64,000 nucleotides of DNA. Source: Candidatus Omnitrophota bacterium (GTDB lineage Bacteria > Omnitrophota > Gorgyraeia > Zapsychrales > Fredricksoniimonadaceae). The notes below the pieces were generated by a model, which worked only from the letters and a program-made list of their open reading frames with translations, was not told the DNA's origin and ran no database searches. This document shows, piece after piece, positions 35,124 to 45,292 of this stretch (position 1 is the first letter of the stretch; each line of letters opens with the position of its first letter). The DNA lies in contig JADFXH010000006.1 of assembly GCA_015233675.1 (NCBI GenBank), positions 65,285 to 129,284 on the forward strand, written 5' to 3'. Both the position numbers and the translations under genes were made by a program.

Positions 35124-36188
35124 GTGAAAATACTTATAGCTACCGGTGGAACGGGCGGACATATTTTTCCGGCCATTGAAACAGCAAAAGCCTTGAGGGT
35201 GAGAGGCCACCAAGTCAGTTTTGCCGGTGTTTTGGGATCTGCTGGGGACAAGATCAAAGTTTTAGATTTTCCTGTTTTTACTCTAGCAGCTCAGGGGCTT
35301 AATGACCGTTCATTTTCTGGATGGATCAATTTTGGCAATATTATGTCTCAAGCGGTATTTCGTTCTTTTGCTGTTGTGCAGAAATGTTCTCCTGATAAAA
35401 TCATCGGTTTTGGCGGCTATGGGGCTTTCCCTGTAGTCATGGCAGGATTTTTGATGAGACGTCCTGTGTTAATTCACGAACAGAATGTGGTGCCGGGCAA
35501 GGCTAATGCCCTGCTTTCGAAGATAGTTAAAAAAGTAGCCATAAGTTTTGAGGGCAGCCGTAAATATCTTGACCCGGCTAAGGTGGTATGGACTGGATGT
35601 CCCTGCCATCATAGTGCTGAGCCATCGAGATCTGAAGGTCTCCTTGCTTTCGGTCTTGAAGAAAATAAAAGGACAATAATGCTTTTGGGCGGCTCCCAAG
35701 GCAGCCAGCGACTAAATGAAGTATTTTTCGAATTGATGAAGGATATGTCTCCTGTCCATTTTCAGGCAATACATATGACAGGCCCGCGTGATTTTCCGTT
35801 ATATGAAGCGAAATATCGAGAAGAAAAATTGCCGGTTAAAGCATATGCCTTCATTAATAATATCAGCCAGGCTTATGCCTGTTCGGATATTATTATTGCC
35901 CGTGCAGGTGCGGCGACTGTCAGTGAGATAGGGCTCTTGGGGTTGGCGTCTGTTTTAGTCCCGTATCCTTATGCAGGCAATCATCAAAAATACAATGCGG
36001 ATGTTTTAGCATTCAGAGGGGTCTCCATCATCGTTGAACAAAAAGATTTGACCAAAACTTCTCTTAAAGAGGCGGTGAGCCGTTTGGTGTTCTCAAATTT
36101 TTCAAGAGAAGCTATATTGAAGAAAACTCAAGGGTTATTTCAAAGGGACGCAGCCCTTCAGCTTGCATTGGTAACTGAGGGACTATGA
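35124..36188 (+). CDS. murG: UDP-GlcNAc--lipid I GlcNAc transferase
   Basis: GGTGGHIFPA N-terminal motif and ..ARAGA.TV.E C-terminal motif. Confidence 0.95.
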   Translation: MKILIATGGTGGHIFPAIETAKALRVRGHQVSFAGVLGSAGDKIKVLDFPVFTLAAQGLNDRSFSGWINFGNIMSQAVFRSFAVVQKCSPDKIIGFGGYGAFPVVMAGFLMRRPVLIHEQNVVPGKANALLSKIVKKVAISFEGSRKYLDPAKVVWTGCPCHHSAEPSRSEGLLAFGLEENKRTIMLLGGSQGSQRLNEVFFELMKDMSPVHFQAIHMTGPRDFPLYEAKYREEKLPVKAYAFINNISQAYACSDIIIARAGAATVSEIGLLGLASVLVPYPYAGNHQKYNADVLAFRGVSIIVEQKDLTKTSLKEAVSRLVFSNFSREAILKKTQGLFQRDAALQLALVTEGL

Positions 36189-37033
36189 GATTATCTTGCC
36201 TCGGCAATTCAAGTTTAGGAGTGCCAAGTAAGAAACAGGCAATATTTATTTTTGCAATTGCCCTTTATTTAATAATAGGGCGTTGTCCCCAATTGTTTGC
36301 CGGTGACAATCAGAACGTCTGGCGGCAGATGAAAGGACAGGATTTTATTGTTTATTATCGTGCGGATATCCCCGAAGATTTTGTCCAGACGACGATGGAT
36401 ACGGCTGAGGAAGAATTTAAGAAGGTGACGGACAATATGGGGATCACTAATAGTCTAAATTGGGCATGGAATAAGCAGGCCAAGATTTATATTTACAGTG
36501 ACGGCAATGATTATGTTAAAAATAGCGGTCAGGCAACCTGGTCACACGGGGCAGCTTTTGCAGCGGCCCGCACGATAAAGACATATCCCGAGGCCAACGG
36601 ATTTTTTGATACTGTCCTGCCGCATGAGTTGGGTCATATTATTTTTAGGGATTATATAGGATTTACGGCAATTGTTCCGTTATGGTTTGAAGAAGGAGTA
36701 GCGGTTTACCAGGAGAAGGCTAAGCGTTTAGGGTCCAACAAGATTGTCAAAGAGGCAATTGAAAATGGCCAATTTATTCCTTTATCACAACTCTCAAGTG
36801 TGCGATTATATAAAGATTCTAAATCCGAAATGGTGGGTCTGTTTTATGCTGAATCTGCAAGCGTTGTTTATTATTTAATAACGGAATTAGGTGATAGAGA
36901 GTTTTACATGCTTTGTGATGAGCTAAAATATAATACGCCTTTTCAAGAGGCTCTTCATAAGGTTTATCTAAAATTCAAAACCATAGAAGATTTGGGGCAA
37001 GCCTGGGGGCAATACTTGCAAGGGGCGGGATGA
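36185..37033 (+). CDS. membrane-anchored zincin-like metallopeptidase (HExxH), unknown function
   Basis: N-terminal hydrophobic anchor. VLPHELGHIIF (HExxH) followed by WFEEGVAVYQE (a possible third ligand Glu). ATGA overlaps with both murG and murC. Confidence 0.55.
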   Translation: MRLSCLGNSSLGVPSKKQAIFIFAIALYLIIGRCPQLFAGDNQNVWRQMKGQDFIVYYRADIPEDFVQTTMDTAEEEFKKVTDNMGITNSLNWAWNKQAKIYIYSDGNDYVKNSGQATWSHGAAFAAARTIKTYPEANGFFDTVLPHELGHIIFRDYIGFTAIVPLWFEEGVAVYQEKAKRLGSNKIVKEAIENGQFIPLSQLSSVRLYKDSKSEMVGLFYAESASVVYYLITELGDREFYMLCDELKYNTPFQEALHKVYLKFKTIEDLGQAWGQYLQGAG

Positions 37034-38427
37034 TGAACAAGCATTATCATTTGATTGGTATCGGTGGTATCGGAATGGGGACATTGGCTTCTTTGCTTTT
37101 GGACAAAGGGTATTTTGTCAGCGGTTCGGATTTGAAAGATAATGAACTGACCCATAGCCTTCGCAAAAAAGGGGCGTGTATCAATATCGGCCACCATACC
37201 GGCAATATTAAGAATCCCGATTACGTGGTTTATTCATCGGCCGTGCGCGTGAATAATCCCGAACTTATTGAATCAGAGAGCCGTAATATTCCAGTATTAC
37301 GACGGGCAGAAGTGTTGGCCCAGCTGGTTAACAGCCAGGTAGGAATTACTATTGCCGGTGCGCATGGCAAAACAACGACGACATCGATGGTTTCAAGTCT
37401 TTTGATTAATGCCGGTCTTTGCCCTACTACGGCCATTGGCGGCATTATTAACGGTCAGGCGACGTATAATGCTAATTTGGGCGAGGGGAAATATTTTGTG
37501 GCTGAAGTTGATGAAAGTGACGGCACTTTTCTTTATTTTAATCCGTATTATTCGATCATTACCAATATAGATTTTGAGCATGTGGATTTTTATAAGAATT
37601 GGGAAGGCATTACCCTGGCCTTTGCCAAGTTCATCAATTGCACGCATAAGGGTGGCGGTTTGATTGTATGTGGTGAGGACAAAAGATTGCTCGAGTTGGT
37701 GCGCCAACAGAATGTTAGGACAATTACTTATGGCTTTAGTGATGAGCAGGATGTGTATGCTTTGCGTGACGTGACCGATGGGTTTCAATCTTCTTTTTCT
37801 TGTTATACCAATAAGACTAAGTTGGGTGATTTTGAACTCAATGTTCCCGGCAGGCATAATATATTAAATGCTCTTGCCTGCATTAGTTTAGGTTTACAGC
37901 TGGGAATATCCTATGAAGTTATGTTTAATACGCTAAGAAAATTTACTGGAGTCAAACGTCGTTTTCAATTAAAGGGCAGTGTGAATGATGTGATGGTTAT
38001 TGATGATTATGGCCATCATCCTACTGAAATCAAGGCGACCCTTAGCGCAGCGCGTTTATTCGCGCCCAAACGCCTTATTACTGTATTTCAACCTCACCGG
38101 TATTCCAGGACTAAATTCCTTTTAAATGAATTTGTGGAACATTTAAGCCTTAGCGATGAATTGATATTGACGGACATTTATGCGGCCAGTGAAAAGATCA
38201 ATGAAGGGGTTGGGGTCGTGGCATTGCTTGAGAAATTGCAAAAAAAATTAGGCCCCAAGGTTATTTTTTTAAAAAAAGAAGACATTTTAAAATATTTGCA
38301 ATCTTTTGTTCAGCCTGGCGACATGGTGATTTTTTTGGGAGCAGGGGACATTTATATTCTTTCAGATGAATTGGTTAAAGTCCTGAATGAATCTTCTTTA
38401 ATAAGGCATTCACAGAAAGTATCATGA
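37030..38427 (+). CDS. murC: UDP-MurNAc--L-alanine ligase
   Basis: HLIGIGGIGM, AGAHGKTTTTSM, DDYGHHPTE motifs. Confidence 0.95.
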   Translation: MMNKHYHLIGIGGIGMGTLASLLLDKGYFVSGSDLKDNELTHSLRKKGACINIGHHTGNIKNPDYVVYSSAVRVNNPELIESESRNIPVLRRAEVLAQLVNSQVGITIAGAHGKTTTTSMVSSLLINAGLCPTTAIGGIINGQATYNANLGEGKYFVAEVDESDGTFLYFNPYYSIITNIDFEHVDFYKNWEGITLAFAKFINCTHKGGGLIVCGEDKRLLELVRQQNVRTITYGFSDEQDVYALRDVTDGFQSSFSCYTNKTKLGDFELNVPGRHNILNALACISLGLQLGISYEVMFNTLRKFTGVKRRFQLKGSVNDVMVIDDYGHHPTEIKATLSAARLFAPKRLITVFQPHRYSRTKFLLNEFVEHLSLSDELILTDIYAASEKINEGVGVVALLEKLQKKLGPKVIFLKKEDILKYLQSFVQPGDMVIFLGAGDIYILSDELVKVLNESSLIRHSQKVS

Positions 38428-39374
38428 GCGATCGAAAATTCGGAACCATAGGTGTGCTGATGGGGGGATACTCCTCGGAGCGGGAAGTTTCATTACGTTC
38501 CGGTCAGGCGGTGGCTGAGGCTTTGTCCCTGGAGGGGCATCGTGTTTTGTTGATAGACATTATCACGGATGATGTTGCCAAAATTATCCGGCAAATTCAA
38601 GCAGTTCCTTTGAATGTTGCATTCATAGCCTTGCATGGACGTCTGGGGGAGGATGGCATTATTCAGGAAATACTAGAGAAGCTTGAGATCCCCTATACTG
38701 GTTCGGGGGTCAAGGCCAGTCAAATGGCCTTCAACAAGATTTTAACTCAAAATGCACTGAAGTCAGCCGGCTTACCGGTTGCAGAGAATTTTTGTGTCAC
38801 CGATGGTAAAATCGTGGATTTTAAAACCGCTTGGAATTATATTAAATCGACACCCTTGGTGGTCAAGCCTGCCTGCGAAGGCTCGAGTATCGGTGTGCAT
38901 ATTGTGCGGCATCCTTCAGAGTGGGAACAGGCTTTTAAAAATGCATTGAGTTATGGGCCGCAGGTTATGGTTGAGCAGTTTATCAGGGGCCGTGAGTTCA
39001 CCTCCGGGATTTTTGACCGAGAGGCTTTACCATTGGTTGAAATTTGTCCAAAATCCAATTTTTTTAGTTTCAGTGCCAAATATCAAAAAGGGGCGACCAA
39101 ATACATATGCCCGGCAGAAATTTCTGAAAATTTGACTCGCAGAATTAAAGAATTGTCTTTGGCTACTGTAGAGATTTTAGGCTGTGAGGGATTTGCACGG
39201 GTGGATTTTCGTGTTGATGGCAATGAACAGCCTTTTATATTGGAAGTCAACACCATTCCCGGGTTTACGGGAACAAGTCTTTTTCCAAAAGCAGCTCATG
39301 AAGCGGGGTATAGTTTTGTGCAAGTGTGTGAAAAACTTTTAGATTTGGCCTATGGCAAAGAAATCAAGCGTTAA
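38424..39374 (+). CDS. ddl: D-alanine--D-alanine ligase
   Basis: GG.S.EREVSL.SG, HG..GEDG..Q, ATP-grasp, EVNT.PG.T motifs. Confidence 0.95.
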   Translation: MSDRKFGTIGVLMGGYSSEREVSLRSGQAVAEALSLEGHRVLLIDIITDDVAKIIRQIQAVPLNVAFIALHGRLGEDGIIQEILEKLEIPYTGSGVKASQMAFNKILTQNALKSAGLPVAENFCVTDGKIVDFKTAWNYIKSTPLVVKPACEGSSIGVHIVRHPSEWEQAFKNALSYGPQVMVEQFIRGREFTSGIFDREALPLVEICPKSNFFSFSAKYQKGATKYICPAEISENLTRRIKELSLATVEILGCEGFARVDFRVDGNEQPFILEVNTIPGFTGTSLFPKAAHEAGYSFVQVCEKLLDLAYGKEIKR

Positions 39375-40113
39375 TATATCAAAGATAGCGGTTATTCGCA
39401 CGATCGTTTTTTTATTTATCGGCTTTGTCTTATTTACAGGCTATGTCAACGCTGTTGAATTCTTGACTAGTTCTCCGATGTTCGAAGTCAAAGAGGTGAT
39501 GATTGACCGTTCTATTGGTTTTATAGACTTGCGCGCCTTGAAAGATCTAAAGGGAACAAATATTTTTAAGATTGATATTAAAAAAATCGATCGTCAGATT
39601 ACCCAGCGTTATCCCTATATTGCGCAATTAAGAGTGGTGCGCCAATTACCGGATCGCATCCTGATTTTGGCTAAAAAGAGGGAACCCCTGATGCAAATTT
39701 ATTTCAAAGGGAAGTATCTTCTCTTGGATACGGACGGAATAGCTTTATATTATACCCTTCAGCCTGTTTCCTTGCCGCAGATTTACGGGATTCCTCTTGA
39801 TCGTGGCGGATTATTCTTAGGATTGCATATTCGCAGCCGGGAAATAGTCAAGGTTGTGGAAATCCTTAATATGTTTAAGGCTTCTCCCTATTTAAAACGA
39901 TGGCGAATTCACTCTGTGCAGGCAGACAATCTCTCAAAGATTGATTTGTCTGTTGGAGAGAACATGCATGTCATTCTTGACCAAGACGATACGCAGGATA
40001 AGATAGAGTTGTTGCAGATGCTGATATCTGCTAATAAAGTTGATTTGAATAAAGTGAAGTATATTGATTTAAGGTTCAAGGAACCCGTAATAGCTAACAA
40101 CATGAGTTCGTAA
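39352..40113 (+). CDS. ftsQ: cell division protein FtsQ (POTRA domain)
   Basis: N-terminal TM and POTRA-like F.V+.V.I.....; position between ddl and ftsA. Confidence 0.75.
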   Translation: MAKKSSVNISKIAVIRTIVFLFIGFVLFTGYVNAVEFLTSSPMFEVKEVMIDRSIGFIDLRALKDLKGTNIFKIDIKKIDRQITQRYPYIAQLRVVRQLPDRILILAKKREPLMQIYFKGKYLLLDTDGIALYYTLQPVSLPQIYGIPLDRGGLFLGLHIRSREIVKVVEILNMFKASPYLKRWRIHSVQADNLSKIDLSVGENMHVILDQDDTQDKIELLQMLISANKVDLNKVKYIDLRFKEPVIANNMSS

Positions 40114-40156
40114 TGATTCCCTGCAATGGCGGGGTTAAGGTGGGGGGAAATGAGGC

Positions 40157-41389
40157 ATGTTTAAGAAAATAGCACAACTGCAATATTTCTGCGGGTTGGA
40201 TTTAGGTACGCATACCATGAAAGCCAGCATTGTCCGCGCTAAGGATGAGGAGAATCTTGACTTGTTGGGTATTTTTGAAACCCGGGCGACAGGTTTTAAA
40301 GAAGCTTCGATTAATGATATTGCCGAACTTGCTGAGTGCATTGGGCGTACGGTGCATGGTGTTATGCAAAAGACCGGCATTAAAATTCATGCCGTGCAAT
40401 TGGGGATCGGTGGGAGTTTTTTAACTACTCATCGCTCCTCGGCAGTTATTCCTTTGATTGACAGCGGGACTAAGGTGATTTCTAAATTTGATTTGCGTAA
40501 AGTTGACCATCAGGCACAACTGCTGGGGGTAAACTTAGATGAGGATATTATTCATGATTTTCCGCAGTGGTATAAGGTTGATGACATTAATACTTCAATC
40601 AATCCTGCTGGATTAATCGGCCGAAAAATTGAATCCAGTCTTTTGTTATTGACGGCCAATAGTTTGCGTGTGCGAAATTTGACTAAAGCAGTGCATCAGG
40701 CCGGATTTGAGGTTAATAGTGTGGCTTTTAGTGGATTTGCGGCCAGTGATGTGGCTATAGAGAAAGCTGATAAAGAGCAAGGATGTGCGTTGGTTGATAT
40801 CGGGGCAAGTATAACTTCTGTGATTTTTTTCAAGAATGGCATTGTGGGGGATGTTCAGTTTATTCCTTGGGGAGGCAGCTATGTGACCCAGAGTATTGCG
40901 GAGCGTTTGAGTCTGACTGTTGATCTGGCTGAAGAAATTAAAAAAACGCATGCAGTGGCCAGCCGAACAAATCCAAAGGAGGTTTCCGGTGAGATTCTTG
41001 TCAAGCGGGATAAAGATTATATACCTATCCGACGGGAATCGGTGTGCGAAGCGGTTAATTGGGAAATTGAGAATTTTTTAACCCATCTGGAAACGTTAGT
41101 TAAAGGGTCGCATTTGTATCACCAGCTGAATAAAGGAATTGTGATGGTAGGAGGGGCTTCATTATTGCCGGGAGCCATTGAGCGAATTGAAGAGCGCATC
41201 AATACACCGGTTCGCATGGGGACGTCAAATGTGGGCCTAAATAATTCAGCAGTGTATGCGGCAAGTATAGGCCTGGGCAGGATGCATTATTTGAAGAAAA
41301 AAGAAGAGAGTATTGGTATTAAAACGCCGTTGAATTTTAAGGACAAGGTCTTCAACAGCGTTAAAGAATTGTGTCAGGAGTATTTTTAG
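40157..41389 (+). CDS. ftsA: cell division protein FtsA (actin-like ATPase)
   Basis: GLDLGT...KA phosphate-1, VDIGA..T, V..GG.S.LPG motifs; end of the dcw cluster. Confidence 0.9.
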   Translation: MFKKIAQLQYFCGLDLGTHTMKASIVRAKDEENLDLLGIFETRATGFKEASINDIAELAECIGRTVHGVMQKTGIKIHAVQLGIGGSFLTTHRSSAVIPLIDSGTKVISKFDLRKVDHQAQLLGVNLDEDIIHDFPQWYKVDDINTSINPAGLIGRKIESSLLLLTANSLRVRNLTKAVHQAGFEVNSVAFSGFAASDVAIEKADKEQGCALVDIGASITSVIFFKNGIVGDVQFIPWGGSYVTQSIAERLSLTVDLAEEIKKTHAVASRTNPKEVSGEILVKRDKDYIPIRRESVCEAVNWEIENFLTHLETLVKGSHLYHQLNKGIVMVGGASLLPGAIERIEERINTPVRMGTSNVGLNNSAVYAASIGLGRMHYLKKKEESIGIKTPLNFKDKVFNSVKELCQEYF

Positions 41390-41437
41390 TAATACCTCCG
41401 CCGGCCTCTTTACCTGTGGGGATGGGAGTGATTTTTA

Positions 41438-41797
41438 TTAATCTTCTTGTGATTTATGATCTGTGCGGCGTTTGCTTAAATTGTATTCTATGTTTTTGAT
41501 GGCGCTGCGAAGTCTTGAATTATTATTAATAATATTTAGAATCCCAAGGGCAATTAATAACAGGAGCATGACAATCAGCGCAGAGTTGGTTGCTTGGGCC
41601 AATAACAATTCATCAGTAACATTGTTTTTATGAACATCAAAGCTGGTATTTATAATTTTTAAGGCATTAATAAAGGTAAACAAGAAGATAATGCCTAAAA
41701 TGGCTTCAAACAATATAATATAAAAATGGCGCCCCATCCATTGTGCGGCGCGATTGTCCCATTGTCTGATTTTATTAAATAGTTCGCTGGAAGCCAT
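41438..41797 (-). CDS. small membrane protein, unknown function
   Basis: 119-codon ORF with two clear TM helices, convergent on ftsA. Confidence 0.5.
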   Translation of the reverse strand: MASSELFNKIRQWDNRAAQWMGRHFYIILFEAILGIIFLFTFINALKIINTSFDVHKNNVTDELLLAQATNSALIVMLLLLIALGILNIINNNSRLRSAIKNIEYNLSKRRTDHKSQED

Positions 41798-41854
41798 AAG
41801 TATCTCCTAATTCTTTATTCTATGAGGAGTTAATTTTTAAGCAAGACATTTTTT

Positions 41855-42358
41855 ATGAACATTACACGATTTTATTATTTATTTGTTTTAAGTTTGTTTA
41901 TACTTCCCGGGTGTATTACCTCTCCCGGCGCCAGCGGGAATTTGGGCTATAGCCAGGCTCGCAGGGTTGTCATTGTCGGGGAGAAGGTTTCTAAGGACAT
42001 TGCGTTGTATTATCAGCGTCGGTATGATGCTATGGTGTGGTTTACGCCGACTCAAGGCTTGATGAAGGATTCAGCGCAAGTGATCTTCAAAGGCATCGGC
42101 CCCTCTCAGGCGATGAGGTCCTTGATCAATGAACTTAAAAGTATTAATTATAGTCTTGGCCGTTGGGAGATTATTGTTCCCAAGATAGGGGAAGGATACT
42201 TTTTTGCGACACTTAAGGATATGGAAACGGGAGCTCTGTCTCAAGCCAGGGGAAACATTGTGCTTACCGATTCTAAAGCCAATAAGGATATGGAAAACGA
42301 AGTGGCGCGTGTTACCAATAACAATTTCTTTGTGACCTACGAATTTCAGAAATATTAA
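41855..42358 (+). CDS. lipoprotein, unknown function
   Basis: Signal peptide with lipobox (LFILPGC). Confidence 0.55.
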   Translation: MNITRFYYLFVLSLFILPGCITSPGASGNLGYSQARRVVIVGEKVSKDIALYYQRRYDAMVWFTPTQGLMKDSAQVIFKGIGPSQAMRSLINELKSINYSLGRWEIIVPKIGEGYFFATLKDMETGALSQARGNIVLTDSKANKDMENEVARVTNNNFFVTYEFQKY

Positions 42359-42446
42359 TTCTTCATTGTCCGTTTAACAATCTTTTATATAGTGTAGTGA
42401 GACATAAATCTTTATCATTTCTGTAAAGATTTCATTAAATCAACAT

Positions 42447-42475
42447 TTTACAAAAGTAATAAGAGTGATTAGAAT
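42447..42475 (+). promoter_or_regulatory. tRNA-Arg promoter candidate (TTTACA-17-TAGAAT)
   Basis: Hexamers at 42447-42452 and 42470-42475, 20 nt upstream of the tRNA. Confidence 0.5.
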
Positions 42476-42494
42476 AACACGTTTGTAAAGCTTT

Positions 42495-42568
42495 GCGCCT
42501 GTAGCTCAACTGGATAGAGCATTAGTCTTCGGAACTAAGGGTTGCTGGTTCGAGTCCAGCCAGGCGCG
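42495..42568 (+). tRNA. tRNA-Arg (anticodon TCG), no encoded CCA
   Basis: Acceptor GCGCCTG/CAGGCGC, D arm GCTC-AACTGGATA-GAGC, anticodon stem TTAGT/ACTAA with loop CTTCGGA, T arm GCTGG-TTCGAGT-CCAGC. Confidence 0.9.
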
Positions 42569-42678
42569 TTTTTCTAAAGTAGTTGGGGTTTGGGATTTTT
42601 CTCGTCGTGAGGAAATTCTTTCCCCTGCGTAAATTCAGCCGTCGGATTACAGTCCCTTGCCTGTGAGTCAACGGCTAT

Positions 42679-43602
42679 ATGATAGAACATCCTGCGCAGT
42701 TAAAGCTTGTCGATTTATTCAAGGAATTTACCGCTTACGCTATTTTAGAAAGGTGCTTAGAACCTACCACAATTGGGTGGTATGATGCGACCATTAAATC
42801 TTTCTATAAGCATCTCCGCCGTCGGGTAATACCTGCCACTTTAGACTCCCTGAATGTTGATACCCTCCGTGATTTTCTCATTTACCAGCGACAACAAGGC
42901 AACTCACCCAGGACGATTATCAATTTATTGAAGGGTTTGAGGTCATTTTGCACCTTCTTGGTCAAGCGTGGTCATCTGGTCAAGAACCCCTTTGACGGCA
43001 TGGAAAAGCCCAAGCTACCCCGCAAACTCCCCGAATTTCTGGATGAGGAAGAGGCCAGGGGATTACTTAGGGTCTGTTTAGACAGAAAGCTCTTTTATAA
43101 ATCCCAATATTACAGGGATGTGGCCATTATAGCCATGTTCCTGTTTACGGGGGTAAGGCTCAAGGAGCTTCTTAACCTCCGCTTACCCGATTTAAACCTT
43201 GAACGGGGCTATATCAAGGTGTCAGCCAAGAATAAAGAGCGGTTAATCCCGCTTAATGAAACGGTTGTCGAGTATTTAAAGGATTATTTGAAAGTCAGGC
43301 CCCAACGGACGATAGATAATGTCTTCGTATCAACGAATAGAAAAGATAAAGCCTTGACCAGGGAAGGGCTTTACAATTTATTTGGGGAATTAAGACGAAA
43401 GCTCAAGCTCCCTAAGAAAATTTCCCCGCAGATACTGCGACATACATTTTGTACCCTCATGTTAAGGAGCGGGGTCAATATACGGGACATCCAATTGCTT
43501 GTGGGCCATTCGGACATCTCCACCACAGCCAAGTTTTATTTAGGATGTGACCCAGGACAGTTAAAGGGGGCGATTGAAAAACACCCCCTGAATTTGAATT
43601 AA
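42679..43602 (+). CDS. tyrosine integrase / site-specific recombinase
   Basis: SAM-like N-domain. Catalytic region TGVRLKEL, ILRHTFCTLMLRSGVNIRDIQLLVGHSDISTTAKFY. It lies 110 bp downstream of the tRNA. Confidence 0.9.
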   Translation: MIEHPAQLKLVDLFKEFTAYAILERCLEPTTIGWYDATIKSFYKHLRRRVIPATLDSLNVDTLRDFLIYQRQQGNSPRTIINLLKGLRSFCTFLVKRGHLVKNPFDGMEKPKLPRKLPEFLDEEEARGLLRVCLDRKLFYKSQYYRDVAIIAMFLFTGVRLKELLNLRLPDLNLERGYIKVSAKNKERLIPLNETVVEYLKDYLKVRPQRTIDNVFVSTNRKDKALTREGLYNLFGELRRKLKLPKKISPQILRHTFCTLMLRSGVNIRDIQLLVGHSDISTTAKFYLGCDPGQLKGAIEKHPLNLN

Positions 43603-43632
43603 CTTCAACGTGTCATTCCCGAATGTCGGAGA

Positions 43633-43655
43633 CCCCGCCAAAGGCGGTGGTTTTT
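43633..43655 (+). terminator. Rho-independent terminator candidate nested in an ATTCCCGA/TCGGGAAT outer hairpin
   Basis: CCGCC-AAA-GGCGG stem-loop followed by TGGTTTTT. The outer stem is 43615-43622 / 43657-43664. Confidence 0.5.
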
Positions 43656-43692
43656 ATCGGGAATCCAGGAGGTAACCATTATTGTCTTATAT

Positions 43693-43944
43693 TTGCTTAT
43701 TTGCGTTATCTGCTGTGCTTTCCCCCCGTTGGGGGTGCTGGCAGTAATTGTATTTTTAATATCCAGGGCTAAAAATTCGGGTAATGGCAGGGAGAAAATT
43801 AATTATAGCCATGTGGGATATCCACCCTGTAAATCTTTTAGCCATGAAATAGATAAAAATGGCATTTCTTGGGGGAAATCATACAGGGACAAAAGGGGGC
43901 GGATTAGATATTGTTGTAATCCCCATCATAATCATTTTTATTAA
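43693..43944 (+). CDS. small Cys/His-rich protein with an N-terminal TM (hypothetical)
   Basis: ORF only. TTG start and no recognisable family. Confidence 0.3.
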   Translation: MLICVICCAFPPLGVLAVIVFLISRAKNSGNGREKINYSHVGYPPCKSFSHEIDKNGISWGKSYRDKRGRIRYCCNPHHNHFY

Positions 43945-44076
43945 TACTTTGTGCTTGCATGGTTAAACGTGATAGGGCAACATCAAGAAAGAAGTATGCG
44001 CCCGCTCTTGTTTTCCTGTTAAAACACTTTATAATCTTAGATAAAATAGGTTTTTATAAAATCCTTTGAGGCAGGT

Positions 44077-45222
44077 ATGTATTCGAACCAAGATTTTATG
44101 ATTCCCAAAGAAGTTGGCAATGTGTTCCGCATTGCAATGATTCCAGAATTTCCGTCCTTATTCATAGGCAATTCAGGCGATAGTTTTGAGGATTCATATT
44201 CCTGTGATGATTTTACAGTAAATGTTTATACGACCAAAGCCGAATTAAAAGAAGTTGGCCTATCTGTTCAAGACCTGGGGGCTATTGATTCGAGACTTCA
44301 ACATTCTATAGGCAATTGGCTTATGAATATAAAAGCCCGAGGAGGAAATGATACAATCAAAGGAAGTCTTAAAACATTGGCTAAAGATATTTATGCAGGG
44401 CGACCAGTTAGAGATAATGATTATAAGAATTTAGCCGTCAATTTAAAGAGTTTAAAGGCCTTCCAGTACTCTGTTTCTATAGAATCAGGGAAGGGAAAAG
44501 GCAATTATTCTATTCATCTTATACATGAGCTTGTATATAACGATAAAAGAAGAAGTTTTATTGTTACTTTACCAGAAAATTTATCCCCCCGTGTAGCTAA
44601 TGAAATTAAAGGAGAAAAAGAGCTTGGCCTGTACATTTCAATAACTGTTCGAGATATTTATCCAAGACAGAAGAGGTATGAGTATAAAATGAGGCAATAT
44701 TTAGCAGGGATTAAAAAAAGTTCGCAGAATATCAAGAGGACAAAGGGGGACACATTATTAGAACAGTTTGGATATTTGGCGTATTGTAAACAATTTAAAG
44801 AAAAATACCGTAATAAGGATGCAGAATATTGGATGCAAAAATATATAGAGGTGGCCTTAGATTGCGGTGTAAAAGTTAACTGTGTTGAGGGAACTGGCCC
44901 GTCGATTGATACCCGTAAAAAATATTATTTTACGAATACAAGAATTAGCTCCGAGAATAGGAAGATTTCCGAAGAAGAAAAAAAAGAACTTGTTGATGAA
45001 TTAGCCAATTTTATTAAAAAGACGAGTAAAAAATTACACCCTGATATAAATACGTGCATTAATGAGGCTAAGAGATTAATTGAGAGATATTCATATCAAG
45101 AGGTTAAGGAAGCCTTTGAAATGGACGTGAAGCCATACCCTGGAAATACAATAGACGATTTAAGAGCGATTTTATCAGGGGAATCTCCCGCCAAATTATT
45201 AGAAGACACCCCCGTTGTATAA
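44077..45222 (+). CDS. hypothetical protein, putative replication initiator of the element
   Basis: 381-codon ORF with no family recognised. The Rep assignment is inferred only from the phased iterons and AT-rich tract immediately 3' of it. Confidence 0.6.
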   Translation: MYSNQDFMIPKEVGNVFRIAMIPEFPSLFIGNSGDSFEDSYSCDDFTVNVYTTKAELKEVGLSVQDLGAIDSRLQHSIGNWLMNIKARGGNDTIKGSLKTLAKDIYAGRPVRDNDYKNLAVNLKSLKAFQYSVSIESGKGKGNYSIHLIHELVYNDKRRSFIVTLPENLSPRVANEIKGEKELGLYISITVRDIYPRQKRYEYKMRQYLAGIKKSSQNIKRTKGDTLLEQFGYLAYCKQFKEKYRNKDAEYWMQKYIEVALDCGVKVNCVEGTGPSIDTRKKYYFTNTRISSENRKISEEEKKELVDELANFIKKTSKKLHPDINTCINEAKRLIERYSYQEVKEAFEMDVKPYPGNTIDDLRAILSGESPAKLLEDTPVV

Positions 45223-45292
45223 CTTTACACTTTCGTGTTTGACCTCACACTTTTGTGCTTAAATAGACACTTCATAGTTCCATTTTACACTT
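45205..45292 (+). repeat. iteron array: five (A/T)NACAC(T/C)(T/C) boxes at exact 20-bp spacing
   Basis: The boxes begin at 45205 (GACACC), 45225 (TTACACTT), 45245 (TCACACTT), 45265 (AGACACTT) and 45285 (TTACACTT). A very AT-rich tract follows (about 45330-45560). Confidence 0.65.
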
